64,000 bases of DNA, taken from an uncultured Pseudomonadota bacterium (GTDB taxonomy: Bacteria; Vulcanimicrobiota; Vulcanimicrobiia; Eremiobacterales; Eremiobacteraceae). The notes beneath the pieces are model-generated. The model was not told the DNA's origin. It made no database searches and saw only the letters and a program-made list of their open reading frames with translations. Every line of letters begins with the position of its first letter. The stretch's first letter is position 1. This document shows positions 1 to 9,233 of the stretch, in pieces. The translations under genes were made by a program, and so were the position numbers. The stretch spans positions 1,248,001-1,312,000 of the forward strand of contig CAVTNB010000001.1 in NCBI GenBank assembly GCA_963736005.1, given 5' to 3'.

Positions 1-353
1 GCCGCGTAAACGCCTCCAAGACGGTTGTGCACCTCTTTGTCGTTTGGATTGTGGGCCAGCACCGTCTGGTACGCGGTGGCCGCAGCTGTGTAGTTCTCGA
101 GACGATACTGCACGTCGCCCAGTAACTTTTGGATCCCCATGTCCCCGGGATATAGCGTGGCTGCCTGAATGAGGATTTGCTTGGCGGTGTCATTGTGGCC
201 GAGGGCGGCTTCGGATTGAGCCTGGGCGAGCAATTGCAAGGCGCTTGCAGGGCTTGCGGCGGGAGCGGGTTCGGCCAGAGCGACCGCCAGACCACCCGAG
301 GAGAAGACGAGAGCGGCCATCATCGTTACGATTAGGCCTTTTCGGACATCCAT
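1..353 (-). CDS. Secreted tetratricopeptide-repeat protein (runs off the window start)
   Basis: Not in the ORF track. ATG at 353 reads MDVRKGLIVTMMAALVFSSGGLAVALAE (signal peptide), then ...KLLGDVQYRLENYTAAATAYQTVLAHNPNDKEVHNRLGGVY (TPR pattern). Confidence 0.8.
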   Translation of the reverse strand, partial: MDVRKGLIVTMMAALVFSSGGLAVALAEPAPAASPASALQLLAQAQSEAALGHNDTAKQILIQAATLYPGDMGIQKLLGDVQYRLENYTAAATAYQTVLAHNPNDKEVHNRLGGVYA

Positions 354-484
354 GCGTCCCTTGAGTATAGCGCGGACTCGCGGCCGGTGCAATTAGCTTT
401 CGGGTCGCTGGTCCGATAGCTGAAACCGGGCGCCGGCGGCCGGCGGAAATGCAATCTGCAACACAGCGCAGAATGCATCCGAAT

Positions 485-829
485 ATGAAAAAAGCCACCG
501 TTTTGGGCGTAACCGGCCTTGGGGTTGCCTGCTTGTTTTTGTGGGGATGCCCAAATCCGAACAGCATTGGCGTCCAGACCTTTGGCAGCGTCCAAGTAAC
601 ATGCGTGCAAGCCAGCAACAATCAGCCGATTGCCGGAGCGATCGCTACCATCTCTGGAAGCACGGGACCATCTACCAATTCGAGGGGACAGACCGTCGTC
701 CCGAATGTTCCTATCGGGACTAACGTCACAGCAGTATGCGATGCCCCCGGTCTCAGTGGTACGAACACCATCCCCAGCATCGTTGAAGGCAGCAACAATT
801 CCGTCACGATCTCGATGAGCCCCAGCTAA
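485..829 (+). CDS. Putative lipoprotein with a carboxypeptidase-regulatory-like beta-sandwich domain
   Basis: MKK, hydrophobic stretch and lipobox LWGC; PIAGAIATI...TNSRG pattern. Confidence 0.65.
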   Translation: MKKATVLGVTGLGVACLFLWGCPNPNSIGVQTFGSVQVTCVQASNNQPIAGAIATISGSTGPSTNSRGQTVVPNVPIGTNVTAVCDAPGLSGTNTIPSIVEGSNNSVTISMSPS

Positions 830-841
830 CCGTCCTTATCA

Positions 842-1663
842 GTGCCCGAGCTTCCCGAACTAGAACTACTGCGCAATGCGCTGACGAAGTACGCTGCCGG
901 TAAAAAAATCCTCGCCGTTTTGCCCAATCCATCGCGGGCGTTCGTCATCCGCTATCCTCCGTTGGACTTCGTCCGCGACTTGACAGGGCGGACGATCCAA
1001 AGCATAGAGCGGCGCGGGAAATTCCTCATTTTTAGCTTCAAGGACGCTGGGCCGCAGCTCATTATCAATCCCATGCTCAGCGGGCGGTTTGCCTATTGCA
1101 GCCGAGCCGCCCCGTCCTTGCCGGCAACCTGCTTCACGCTTCAACTCTCCGGTGCAGAGGATATCCGCTTCCTCGACAACACGATGATGGCGCGCGTCTA
1201 TCTCACGAGCGATCCCGCGCGAGAAATACCGGCTTTTGGCGAGTTGGGACCGGATGCGCTCGATCCCGCGTTGGATTTCGCCACCTTTTCCGCGCGCTTG
1301 CGACGCCATCGCGGTGAGCTCAAGAACGTTCTGCGCAACCAAGCTTTCCTTGCGGGGATCGGCAATGCATATGGCGATGAGATCCTCTTTGAAGCAAAGC
1401 TTCGCCCCCTGCGGCGCGCCTCGACGCTGAGCGACCAGGAGCGCTACGACCTGTACGAGGCGATGCGGAAAGTCTTGGCCGCATCGGTCGCAACCGTACA
1501 ACGTCAGCATGCATCGGGCAAACACCCTCTGCACAAACAGGATCGCGCATTCATGAAGATCCATGGCAAAGGCAAGGCCACCTGTCCCCGCTGCGGCCAC
1601 CGCATATCGTCAGTGCACGCCGGTGGCGAAAGCACCTTCTTCTGCCGCAACTGCCAAAAATAA
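842..1663 (+). CDS. mutM: Fpg/Nei family DNA glycosylase
   Basis: N-terminal PELPE, RRGKFL, H2TH motif AGIGNAYGDEILF, C-terminal zinc finger CPRC...CRNCQ. Confidence 0.85.
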   Translation: MPELPELELLRNALTKYAAGKKILAVLPNPSRAFVIRYPPLDFVRDLTGRTIQSIERRGKFLIFSFKDAGPQLIINPMLSGRFAYCSRAAPSLPATCFTLQLSGAEDIRFLDNTMMARVYLTSDPAREIPAFGELGPDALDPALDFATFSARLRRHRGELKNVLRNQAFLAGIGNAYGDEILFEAKLRPLRRASTLSDQERYDLYEAMRKVLAASVATVQRQHASGKHPLHKQDRAFMKIHGKGKATCPRCGHRISSVHAGGESTFFCRNCQK

Positions 1664-1761
1664 GGGTCTGCCAGTTATCCACAACGACAAGTGGCCAACC
1701 TCGTCTCGCAAACTTCAGTCAGCGGGCTAAAAGGCATTGAGACAAATCTGGGAAGCCTGCA

Positions 1762-1787
1762 TGTAGTCTCGCGAATTTATTCGCGAG
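1762..1787 (+). repeat. REP family B (TGTAGT-CKCGCGAATTTATTCGCG hairpin)
   Basis: GTAG followed by a palindrome; same element at 7179, 22675, 23641, 27617, 27652, 48005. Confidence 0.85.
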
Positions 1788-1833
1788 GAAAAATGGCGAA
1801 TTTATTTGGCGACAAAAAGGGAGGGGCGAATAC

Positions 1834-3281
1834 GTGCCAACTGCCTCAGCTGAAAAAGCCGCGCTCGACTTTTTGAAAAAGCACGGCATCAAGATCGTCG
1901 ATTTCAAGTTCATCGACCTGCCCGGAATGTGGCAGCACACCTCCGTGCCGGTCGATCAGATTGATACGAGTACCTTCGAAAACGGCATCGGCTTTGACGG
2001 TTCGAGCATTCGCGGATTCCAAGAGATCCAAGAAAGCGATATGGTGCTCATCCCCGATCCCGCGTCGGTGCGAGTGGACACCTTCCTCAACATTCCAACC
2101 GCCTCGTTCATTTGCAGCGCCTTCGACCCGCGCGAGCAGGCCTGGTACGCACGCGACCCGCGCAATGTGGCGCACCGCGCTCAGGCTCACCTCAAAGCCG
2201 TGGGCATCGCTGATGCAGCATACTTCGGGCCGGAACTTGAGTTTTACATCTTCGATCACATCAGCTTTGACAACGCTCCCTACCTTACCGGGTACGCGCT
2301 GGATTCTGAAGAGGCTCATTGGAACTCGGGCGACACGGAAAATCCAAATCTTGCTTATTCGCTGCGCCCCAAGGAAGGTTATTTTCCGGTCCAGCCATCG
2401 GACAAACACACAGACATACGCTCCGAAATGGTTCTTGCATTGAAAGAGTGGGGCGTCGCTGTCGAGATGCACCACCATGAGGTGGCAACGGCGGGCCAAA
2501 CCGAAATCGACATTCGATATGCAACACTCCTGCAGCAAGCCGACAACGTCATGATCTACAAATACGTCACGCGCAACGTCGCGCGCCGCCACGGCAAGGT
2601 GGTTACCTTCATGCCCAAGCCTCTCTTTGGCGACAACGGTTCGGGCATGCACGTCCACCAGAGCTTGTGGAAAGGTGGCAAGAACCTGTTTTACTCGTCG
2701 AGTGGCTACGCCGAGCTCTCGCAAACTGGCCTGTATTACATCGGCGGGCTCCTCACGCACATCGACTCGCTCTTGGCCTTTTGCGCACCCACGACGAATT
2801 CGTACAAGCGCCTGGTGCCCCACTACGAGGCTCCGGTGAACGTTGCGTTTTCAAAGGGCAACCGCTCGGCAGCCGTTCGCATTCCGATCTTCTTTACTGG
2901 GCCAAAATTTGCCAAGACGAAGCGGGTGGAGTTTCGTCCCCCGATCCCGCGGCGAATCCCTACATCGCATTCTCCGCAATGCTCATGGCCGGGCTCGACG
3001 GCATCAAGCGCAAGATCGATCCTACCAAAGCCGGCTTTGGTCCCCTCGATAAAAACATCTACGAACTGCCCGAGCGCGAAGCCAAAAAAATCAAGTCGGT
3101 GCCGGGCAGCTTAGACGAGTCGCTCGCGGCGCTCGAGAAAGATCAGGCGTACTTGCTCGACGGCGGAGTCTTCACGCGCGACTTCATCGATACGTGGATC
3201 TCGTACAAGCGAACGAAAGAGCTGCAAGAGGTGAAGATTCGTCCGCATCCCTACGAGTTTTATCTATACCACGATCTGTGA
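1834..3281 (+). CDS. glnA: Glutamine synthetase type I; one frameshift in a C-run at ~2938-2942
   Basis: [44 protein letters not shown] continues as DPAANPY...[10 protein letters not shown] in another frame (one C missing). Confidence 0.95.
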
Positions 3282-3299
3282 TCGGGTGATGCCTACTAG

Positions 3300-3486
3300 T
3301 GTAGCAGCGCACCTTCAGGTGCGCTCCACATCTAGCACCGAGCGGATCTAAAGATCCGCTGCTACATTTGGTGGGTATGGAGCGGATCTAAAGATCGCTG
3401 CTACATTTTGGTGGGTATGGAGCGGATCTAAAGATCCGCTGCTACATTCGGCGAGCGCGGAGCGGACCTGAAGGTCCGCTGCTACA
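3300..3486. repeat. Cluster of five REP family A elements: one on +, four tandem on - with a 40-bp period
   Basis: TGTAGCAGCGCACCTTCAGGTGCGCT at 3300; AGCGGATCTAAAGATCCGCTGCTACA or close variants at 3341, 3381, 3421, 3461. Confidence 0.9.
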
Positions 3487-3506
3487 GGCTAGCCGAACAC
3501 CTCGAA

Positions 3507-3632
3507 ATGGCCTTCGGCAAGTGGCAACAAGCGCCGCAGCCCCCGCAACTGTGGCGGCTTTTGGTCATGCTCGGTGCAGTTATTGCCACCATCGTTTGGC
3601 TCCAACGCTACGCAGCGCTTCACGCGCACTAG
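3507..3632 (+). CDS. Putative 41-aa single-pass membrane protein
   Basis: MAFGKWQQAPQPPQLWRLLVMLGAVIATIVWLQRYAALHAH; fills the gap and stops 6 nt before the next ATG. Confidence 0.5.
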   Translation: MAFGKWQQAPQPPQLWRLLVMLGAVIATIVWLQRYAALHAH

Positions 3633-3638
3633 AGATTC

Positions 3639-4985
3639 ATGCCCGCGACGCTAGCAGAAATCTTCAAGAGTTATGATATTCGGGGCATCTACCCCGACGA
3701 ACTGAACGAAGCCGTTGCTGAGCGCATCGGCAGGGCGTTTGTCGATTTCGTTGGAGCCAACGTGGTGGCCGTCGGGCGCGATATGCGGATGAGTTCCGAG
3801 CCCTTGTTTCGCGCCTTTGCCCACGGAATCACGCTCCAAGGCGCGGACGTCGTTGACCTGGGCCTCACTTCGACGGATGAACTTTATTTTTCCGTGGGGC
3901 ATTTCGAGTATCCGGCTGGGGCGATGATCACGGCATCCCACAATCCAAAAGAATATAACGGATTCAAACTGTGCCGCGAGCACGCCATCGCGTTGTCTGC
4001 CGAGACCGGAGTGTTTGCCATCCGCGATCTCGTCGTGCGCGATCAGTTCCTTGCCGCCCCCAAGCCCGGCCGCGTGACGAAGCGCGATGTTCTGTCCGAT
4101 TTCGTCGAACATTGCTTGTCCTTCATCGACCAAAAGAATATCAAGCCGCTTCGCATCGTGGTCGATGCCGGCAACGGCATGGGTGGTCTTATCGTGCCCG
4201 CGGTCTTTTCGCGTTTACCCGTCGAAGTAATTCCGCTTTTCTTCGAACTTGACGGAACCTTTCCAAATCATCCGGCAAGTCCGCTCGAGCCCGAAAACAT
4301 GTCCGATCTCCAAGCGGCCGTGCGCCGGCACAAAGCGGATCTCGGGGCGGCGTTTGACGGAGATGCGGATCGGGTCTTCATCACGGACGAGCGCGGCGAA
4401 ATTGTCGGCGGCGACATGGTCACGGCGCTCGTCGCGAAGATGCTCTTGCACAAATATCCGGGATCAACCATCCTCTACAACCTCATCTGCTCACGCAGCG
4501 TTCCTGAGTTGATCGAAGCTGGGGGAGGACGTGCGGTCCGCACGCGCGTCGGCCATTCAATCATCAAAAAGGTGATGCGCGAACACAATGCTGTTTTTGG
4601 CGGCGAGCATTCAGGTCATTTTTACTTTCGCGATCATTACTATGCAGACTCGGGACTGATCGCCCTGCTTGTCGTACTGGAACTCATTTGCCAAGAAGGC
4701 AAACCGGTGAGCGAGCTCTTGCAGCCGCTGGATCGACGCTACCGCTCGGGAGAAATTAATAGCCGCGTCGCGGATATTGCGACAAAGCTCAAGGACATCG
4801 AGCGCCACTACGCGGACGCACGAGACGTTGACCACCTTGATGGGGTGACGATCCAATTCCAGCAATGGTGGTGCAACATCCGGCCCTCGAATACCGAACC
4901 GTTGTTGCGGCTCAACGTCGAGGCGGACAGCCCGCAACTGCTAGCGCAAAAACGCGATGAGGTTCTCTCCCTGATTCGGAGCTGA
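3639..4985 (+). CDS. Phosphomannomutase/phosphoglucomutase
   Basis: FKSYDIRG, ITASHNP, FDGDADR, GEHSGH, RPSNTEP motifs. Confidence 0.93.
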   Translation: MPATLAEIFKSYDIRGIYPDELNEAVAERIGRAFVDFVGANVVAVGRDMRMSSEPLFRAFAHGITLQGADVVDLGLTSTDELYFSVGHFEYPAGAMITASHNPKEYNGFKLCREHAIALSAETGVFAIRDLVVRDQFLAAPKPGRVTKRDVLSDFVEHCLSFIDQKNIKPLRIVVDAGNGMGGLIVPAVFSRLPVEVIPLFFELDGTFPNHPASPLEPENMSDLQAAVRRHKADLGAAFDGDADRVFITDERGEIVGGDMVTALVAKMLLHKYPGSTILYNLICSRSVPELIEAGGGRAVRTRVGHSIIKKVMREHNAVFGGEHSGHFYFRDHYYADSGLIALLVVLELICQEGKPVSELLQPLDRRYRSGEINSRVADIATKLKDIERHYADARDVDHLDGVTIQFQQWWCNIRPSNTEPLLRLNVEADSPQLLAQKRDEVLSLIRS

Positions 4986-4988
4986 CCG

Positions 4989-6104
4989 ATGAGCGCCCAA
5001 ATTCTGGGGCCCGCCCTTCTGGCCGTCGGTGATGGAACGGCTCAGCCGGGCTGCGTCCGCATCCAGGACGGCAAGATCGCCGAGCTCTTGGATCGCTCGG
5101 CGCGCCCGGATCATGTCCTTCCCCCGGGCAGCACCATAACACCCGGGCTCATCGACCTCCACGTGAACGGCACGGGCCGCTTGTGGTTCAACCGCGATCC
5201 TATCGAAACACTTGCGGCGATGAATTCTGACGCGCCCACGCATGGCGTGACTTCCTTCTTGCCATCGATCATGACCGGCTCGTGGGGGCAAATGCTCCGC
5301 GCCGCCGCAACGATTTCGGAACGTGTGCGGTTGCCGGTTGATGGCGCGCGCGCACTCGGCGTTCATCTCGAAGGACCGTTCCTCAACGTCGACTACCGCC
5401 GCGCACATCCGCGGGAATTCCTGTTGACGCCCACTCCCTCGCGCATCGAGGCGTTGCTCGAAACCTGGAAAGCCGGGAAGCTTCGGATCACGATGGCCCC
5501 GGAGATCGAAGAAGCGCCTCGGGCAGCGGCAGAGTTGCGGCGCCACAACGTGACGCTCGCGGCTGGCCACACCGGTGCAACCTACGCGCTGGGCAACTCG
5601 GCGATCGAAGCCGGATATTCCATCCTCACCCACACCTTCAATGCGATGCCCCCCCTCCACCATCGCGCGTCATCCATCGCCACGGCCTATCTGCTTGACC
5701 CCACAGCGTTCTGCGAGGTCATCGCTGACGGCGTGCACGTTTCCGTGGAACATCTCGCGCTGTTGTATCGCCTAAAGGGCGTCAATCTCGTCTTGACGAC
5801 CGACGCCATGCCGCTCGTCGATGGCTTGGTCGAAGAAGGTGGTGTCGCCCGCACGAAAGACGGCGTGATCGCCGGCAGCAGGCTTTCGCTCGATCAGGCC
5901 GTGCGCAATCTCATGGCGGTCACGGGCATCACGCTCGCCGAAGCAGTGGAATGTGCGACGTGGGCACCGGCACGCGCGATCGGAGCAGAAAATGAGATCG
6001 GTTTGCTTGCGACGGGATCGATCGCCGACCTCGCGGTATGGAATTCGCGCAACCAAATCACACATGTCTTCATCGACGGCCGACTGGCGTACGCGAATAA
6101 CTAA
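4989..6104 (+). CDS. nagA: N-acetylglucosamine-6-phosphate deacetylase
   Basis: PGLIDLHVNG, HLEGPF, THTFNAM, ADGVH motifs. Confidence 0.9.
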   Translation: MSAQILGPALLAVGDGTAQPGCVRIQDGKIAELLDRSARPDHVLPPGSTITPGLIDLHVNGTGRLWFNRDPIETLAAMNSDAPTHGVTSFLPSIMTGSWGQMLRAAATISERVRLPVDGARALGVHLEGPFLNVDYRRAHPREFLLTPTPSRIEALLETWKAGKLRITMAPEIEEAPRAAAELRRHNVTLAAGHTGATYALGNSAIEAGYSILTHTFNAMPPLHHRASSIATAYLLDPTAFCEVIADGVHVSVEHLALLYRLKGVNLVLTTDAMPLVDGLVEEGGVARTKDGVIAGSRLSLDQAVRNLMAVTGITLAEAVECATWAPARAIGAENEIGLLATGSIADLAVWNSRNQITHVFIDGRLAYANN

Positions 6105-7120
6105 GTCAACGGGTCGAGATTGAGGATTTCGCCGACAACCGTGCCGGCGTGGTTTCTGATCTTTGGAGCCCGGTATGCGTCGAGCATCGTGCGCTGTGTC
6201 GCGTCCAGAATTCCTAGGCGCGAGAGCCGAGCAAAGACAAACGGTGCCACGGCGCGGTAGTTACCGTCCGCGATTTTTACGGTCATTCCTAAGCCCTGCG
6301 CGAGCGCAGCACTACCGTGATATCCTTCTGCGCCACCCTTCGCCAGGATGTTGGGTCGAGCGGCGGTCATGAGATCCGTATCGAATCTGTTCGAACCTGC
6401 AACGTATTCCGGGTGCGCGATCATTGCGTCGCGCACTCGCATCAGCGCCGGCGCCAGTTGCACCGGAAATTGCGCCGGTTCACCCAGCCTCGCGTAAAAG
6501 TAGGCTGCGGTCTTCAGCGGAACCGCGATAACCGGAATACCGCATCCGTCGACCCCAATTCTGATATCCGCAAGCGGCACGCCCAGTAACTCGGAACATA
6601 CGCGCAAGATTTCGCGTTCGGCAGGATGGTCGACGACGAGATAGCCGTCTGGCGCGGCACCCAGCTGCACAGCAAGCGCGAGAATGCCGGCATGCTTGCC
6701 GGAGCAATTGTTGTGAATCGGCTTTGGGAGTTCTCCGGCTAGGCACAGCGCGTCGGCACTCGGACCGTGGGTTGGCGCATGGGCGCCGCAGCGCAGCGCA
6801 CTTTCGTCCAGGCCGGTCTTGCGCAGCATGCTGCGCACGGCAGCGACGTGTTTTGGCTCGCCGCTGTGCGAGCCTGCGGCAATCGCGATTTCCTCATCGG
6901 AAAAACCAAACCGATCGGCTGCCCCGCTCGCAACCATCGCAGTTGCAATCAGTGGCTTGGCACTCGAGCGCATGTAGACGGGGCGATCGATATCGCCATT
7001 TGATTCGACAACGCCGGCGCGGCGGTCGACTACCGCGTAGCACACATAGTGCTCGCTCTCAACAAGTTCGGCGCGTGTAACGACAACTGCGGCACGAACG
7101 CCGCAGTCAAATGGTTGCAT
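6101..7120 (-). CDS. L-asparaginase II family protein
   Basis: RSSAKP, SHSGE, HNNCSGKH, DGCG, KGGAEG motifs; start uncertain (7120 or 7132). Confidence 0.88.
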   Translation of the reverse strand: MQPFDCGVRAAVVVTRAELVESEHYVCYAVVDRRAGVVESNGDIDRPVYMRSSAKPLIATAMVASGAADRFGFSDEEIAIAAGSHSGEPKHVAAVRSMLRKTGLDESALRCGAHAPTHGPSADALCLAGELPKPIHNNCSGKHAGILALAVQLGAAPDGYLVVDHPAEREILRVCSELLGVPLADIRIGVDGCGIPVIAVPLKTAAYFYARLGEPAQFPVQLAPALMRVRDAMIAHPEYVAGSNRFDTDLMTAARPNILAKGGAEGYHGSAALAQGLGMTVKIADGNYRAVAPFVFARLSRLGILDATQRTMLDAYRAPKIRNHAGTVVGEILNLDPLT

Positions 7121-7178
7121 CTCCTCCGTCACAACCTCGCGCTTCTTCCAGGAAGCGCCGCAAACCCCCAAGAATTGC

Positions 7179-7203
7179 TCGCGAATAAATTCGCGACACT
7201 ACA
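7179..7203 (-). repeat. REP family B
   Basis: TCGCGAATAAATTCGCGA-CACTACA on the + strand. Confidence 0.8.
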
Positions 7204-7224
7204 TGATCGTCCGGGTATTCTTGT

Positions 7225-8235
7225 GTGACGCCTAATGGGTCGTTGCCGCCTCCGGAGTCTCAGAGAAATGCGGCGGCGCTCAACCTCCGACCGCTGCCGC
7301 TCGGCGAGTTGCTCGACCGTGCTTTTAGCATCTATTTTCGCAATATCGTGACGTTTTCGGCGCTGCTGGCGATCGTCTTGATCCCAAGCCTGCTCGTCAC
7401 CTATTTCGAGACCCGCGGCATTTTTGGATGGTACATTTCGACCATCCAGCACCAGATAAGCAATCCCCATTCGACGCCCGATCTTTCTGCGCTCAACTCC
7501 TTCGCGCCGTCAGATTTTTGGACCGGAATCCAGTTTGTCTTTGGGTTTTTTCTGATCCCGATGTCGTACGGCGCGGTGGTTGTGGGGGTATCCCGGGCAT
7601 ACGTTGGCTTGCCAGTCACCTTCGTCGATTGTTACCGGCAGTCGCTGAGGCGTTGGCTCCCGGTTATGATATTAATGTTGCTCTGGATTGTGCTCGCCGT
7701 TGTTTTTATCGTTGCGTTTGCCATCGTTGGGGGCATTTTTGGGGCTGTTGGTGCGATGATCACCGGCGCGCTCGGTAGCCCGGTCTTGGGTTTCTTCTTT
7801 GCTGTGGTACTGATCGCGTTGATGCTCGCCCTCATCGGCGTTGTCATCATGATCTACTTGACCTCCGCGATTTCGTTCATATCCGTTGTCCTTGAAAAAA
7901 TCGATCCGATTCGCGCGCTGGGTGAGGCGTTCGCCCGGGTCTTCGGTGGTGGTCAGTTCTGGAGGGGGTTCGTTCTCGCGATCGCCCTAACAGGGATTTA
8001 TTTGGGCGGATCGCTCGTCATTGGCGGCGGGGGCGCAGTGCTCGCTTTCCTCCTCAAAGCCCCTGCGATGTATATCATTTTTGCGGGGATGATGCAGATG
8101 TTCTTTGTGCCCTTTGCGGTCGTCACCGCCGCTGTGTATTACTACGATATTCGCATCCGACGCGAAGGGTACGATCTGCAAATGCTCATCGACAAGTTTG
8201 CGAGTCCGACCTCTCCAGGTACCTCCAACGCATGA
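7225..8235 (+). CDS. Multi-pass membrane protein of the MoxR cassette (GDPD-membrane-domain-like)
   Basis: LRPLPLGELLDRAFSIY...YYDIRIRREGYDL pattern; multiple TM helices. Confidence 0.8.
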   Translation: MTPNGSLPPPESQRNAAALNLRPLPLGELLDRAFSIYFRNIVTFSALLAIVLIPSLLVTYFETRGIFGWYISTIQHQISNPHSTPDLSALNSFAPSDFWTGIQFVFGFFLIPMSYGAVVVGVSRAYVGLPVTFVDCYRQSLRRWLPVMILMLLWIVLAVVFIVAFAIVGGIFGAVGAMITGALGSPVLGFFFAVVLIALMLALIGVVIMIYLTSAISFISVVLEKIDPIRALGEAFARVFGGGQFWRGFVLAIALTGIYLGGSLVIGGGGAVLAFLLKAPAMYIIFAGMMQMFFVPFAVVTAAVYYYDIRIRREGYDLQMLIDKFASPTSPGTSNA

Positions 8236-9233
8236 GCCTTCGCCGCACCTTTGCTGGAGCGGTCATCACCACGCATATCTTCTTCTTCGCGGCGTATCAG
8301 AGCGCGTTTGCAGCGCACGTCGATGCGGGCTCTGGGCGCTTGATGCAGGTGGCCGATCAACTTGATGCCGCAGCGGCCATCGCGCATCGTCGACACGTCG
8401 CGATCCATATACCACCGCTTCGCGTTGCGCCATCAGCTGCAAAGCCTGCAGCAAGCGCGTCGTTCATTGATCGGTGGCTGCAATCCGCGCTCGCCTCGAT
8501 CGGACGCGAAAAATCGGCCTCAGTGCAGGCACGAGAGCTCGGCGAGCTGGCTGCATCGCTGCGGCACCTCGCGTCCCCTTCAGGCATGCGAACCGCCGAG
8601 TTGGACCCAACGACGATCGCCCAGAAGGTGCTCTCGGCGCGCGCCTATCAGGTTGGGGGCGCTGGACCAGCGCCAGCCCCGCACGAAACGCTCTGGGAAA
8701 AACTCCTGGCTTTTATGGCCGAGCTGCTTGGGAGAATCCTGTCCGGCATTTTCCGCGCAACAGCTTCGACTCCGATGCTTGGTCAAATCTTCGCGGTCGT
8801 CATGGTGTTGCTCTTGGTCGCCGCGCTCAGCTACTTGGTTTTTCGGCTATTCGACGCTCTTTCCAAGCGTCGTCGCCGTTCTGCCGATGCAGACGACGGT
8901 TCCCCGCTACCGCGCACCCTTGACCCCGACGAGCTCTATCAGCGTGGGCTCCTGGCTGCCAATGCAGGTCGCTATGCCCAAGCGGTCGTCATGCTCTTTC
9001 AAGCAAGCCTGGCCAATTTCGAATGCCAGGGTACCCTGGCATTCGATCCTTCCCGCACGCCGGGCGAATATCGCCGTGCGGTAAAACGCAAGGCGGCTGC
9101 GGCAAGCTTCGATTTCGATACCATCGCGCACGCGTTCATCATGGCGGCATTTGCGGAAGTCCCTTTGTCGAAGCAGGACTGGTCGGCGGTTGATGCAGCC
9201 TACCTCAAATTGCGCGCCGTGGCCGCATCGTGA
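8232..9233 (+). CDS. DUF4129 domain membrane protein
   Basis: TM helix followed by AGRYAQAV...PSRTPGEY; ATGA overlaps with neighbours. Confidence 0.75.
   Translation: MSLRRTFAGAVITTHIFFFAAYQSAFAAHVDAGSGRLMQVADQLDAAAAIAHRRHVAIHIPPLRVAPSAAKPAASASFIDRWLQSALASIGREKSASVQARELGELAASLRHLASPSGMRTAELDPTTIAQKVLSARAYQVGGAGPAPAPHETLWEKLLAFMAELLGRILSGIFRATASTPMLGQIFAVVMVLLLVAALSYLVFRLFDALSKRRRRSADADDGSPLPRTLDPDELYQRGLLAANAGRYAQAVVMLFQASLANFECQGTLAFDPSRTPGEYRRAVKRKAAAASFDFDTIAHAFIMAAFAEVPLSKQDWSAVDAAYLKLRAVAAS

Noticed and set aside
1675..1683. Perfect DnaA box (TTATCCACA) suggesting oriC
   Set aside because: Single box with no cluster or AT-rich unwinding element; the near-match at 43285 is also isolated
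2930..2950. Programmed frameshift in glnA
   Set aside because: Simple homopolymer deletion with no slippery heptamer or stimulator; similar indels are frequent in this assembly
3341..3486. CRISPR array
   Set aside because: Spacers are only 14-15 nt, two are nearly identical, the repeat occurs singly elsewhere in the window, and no cas genes are present
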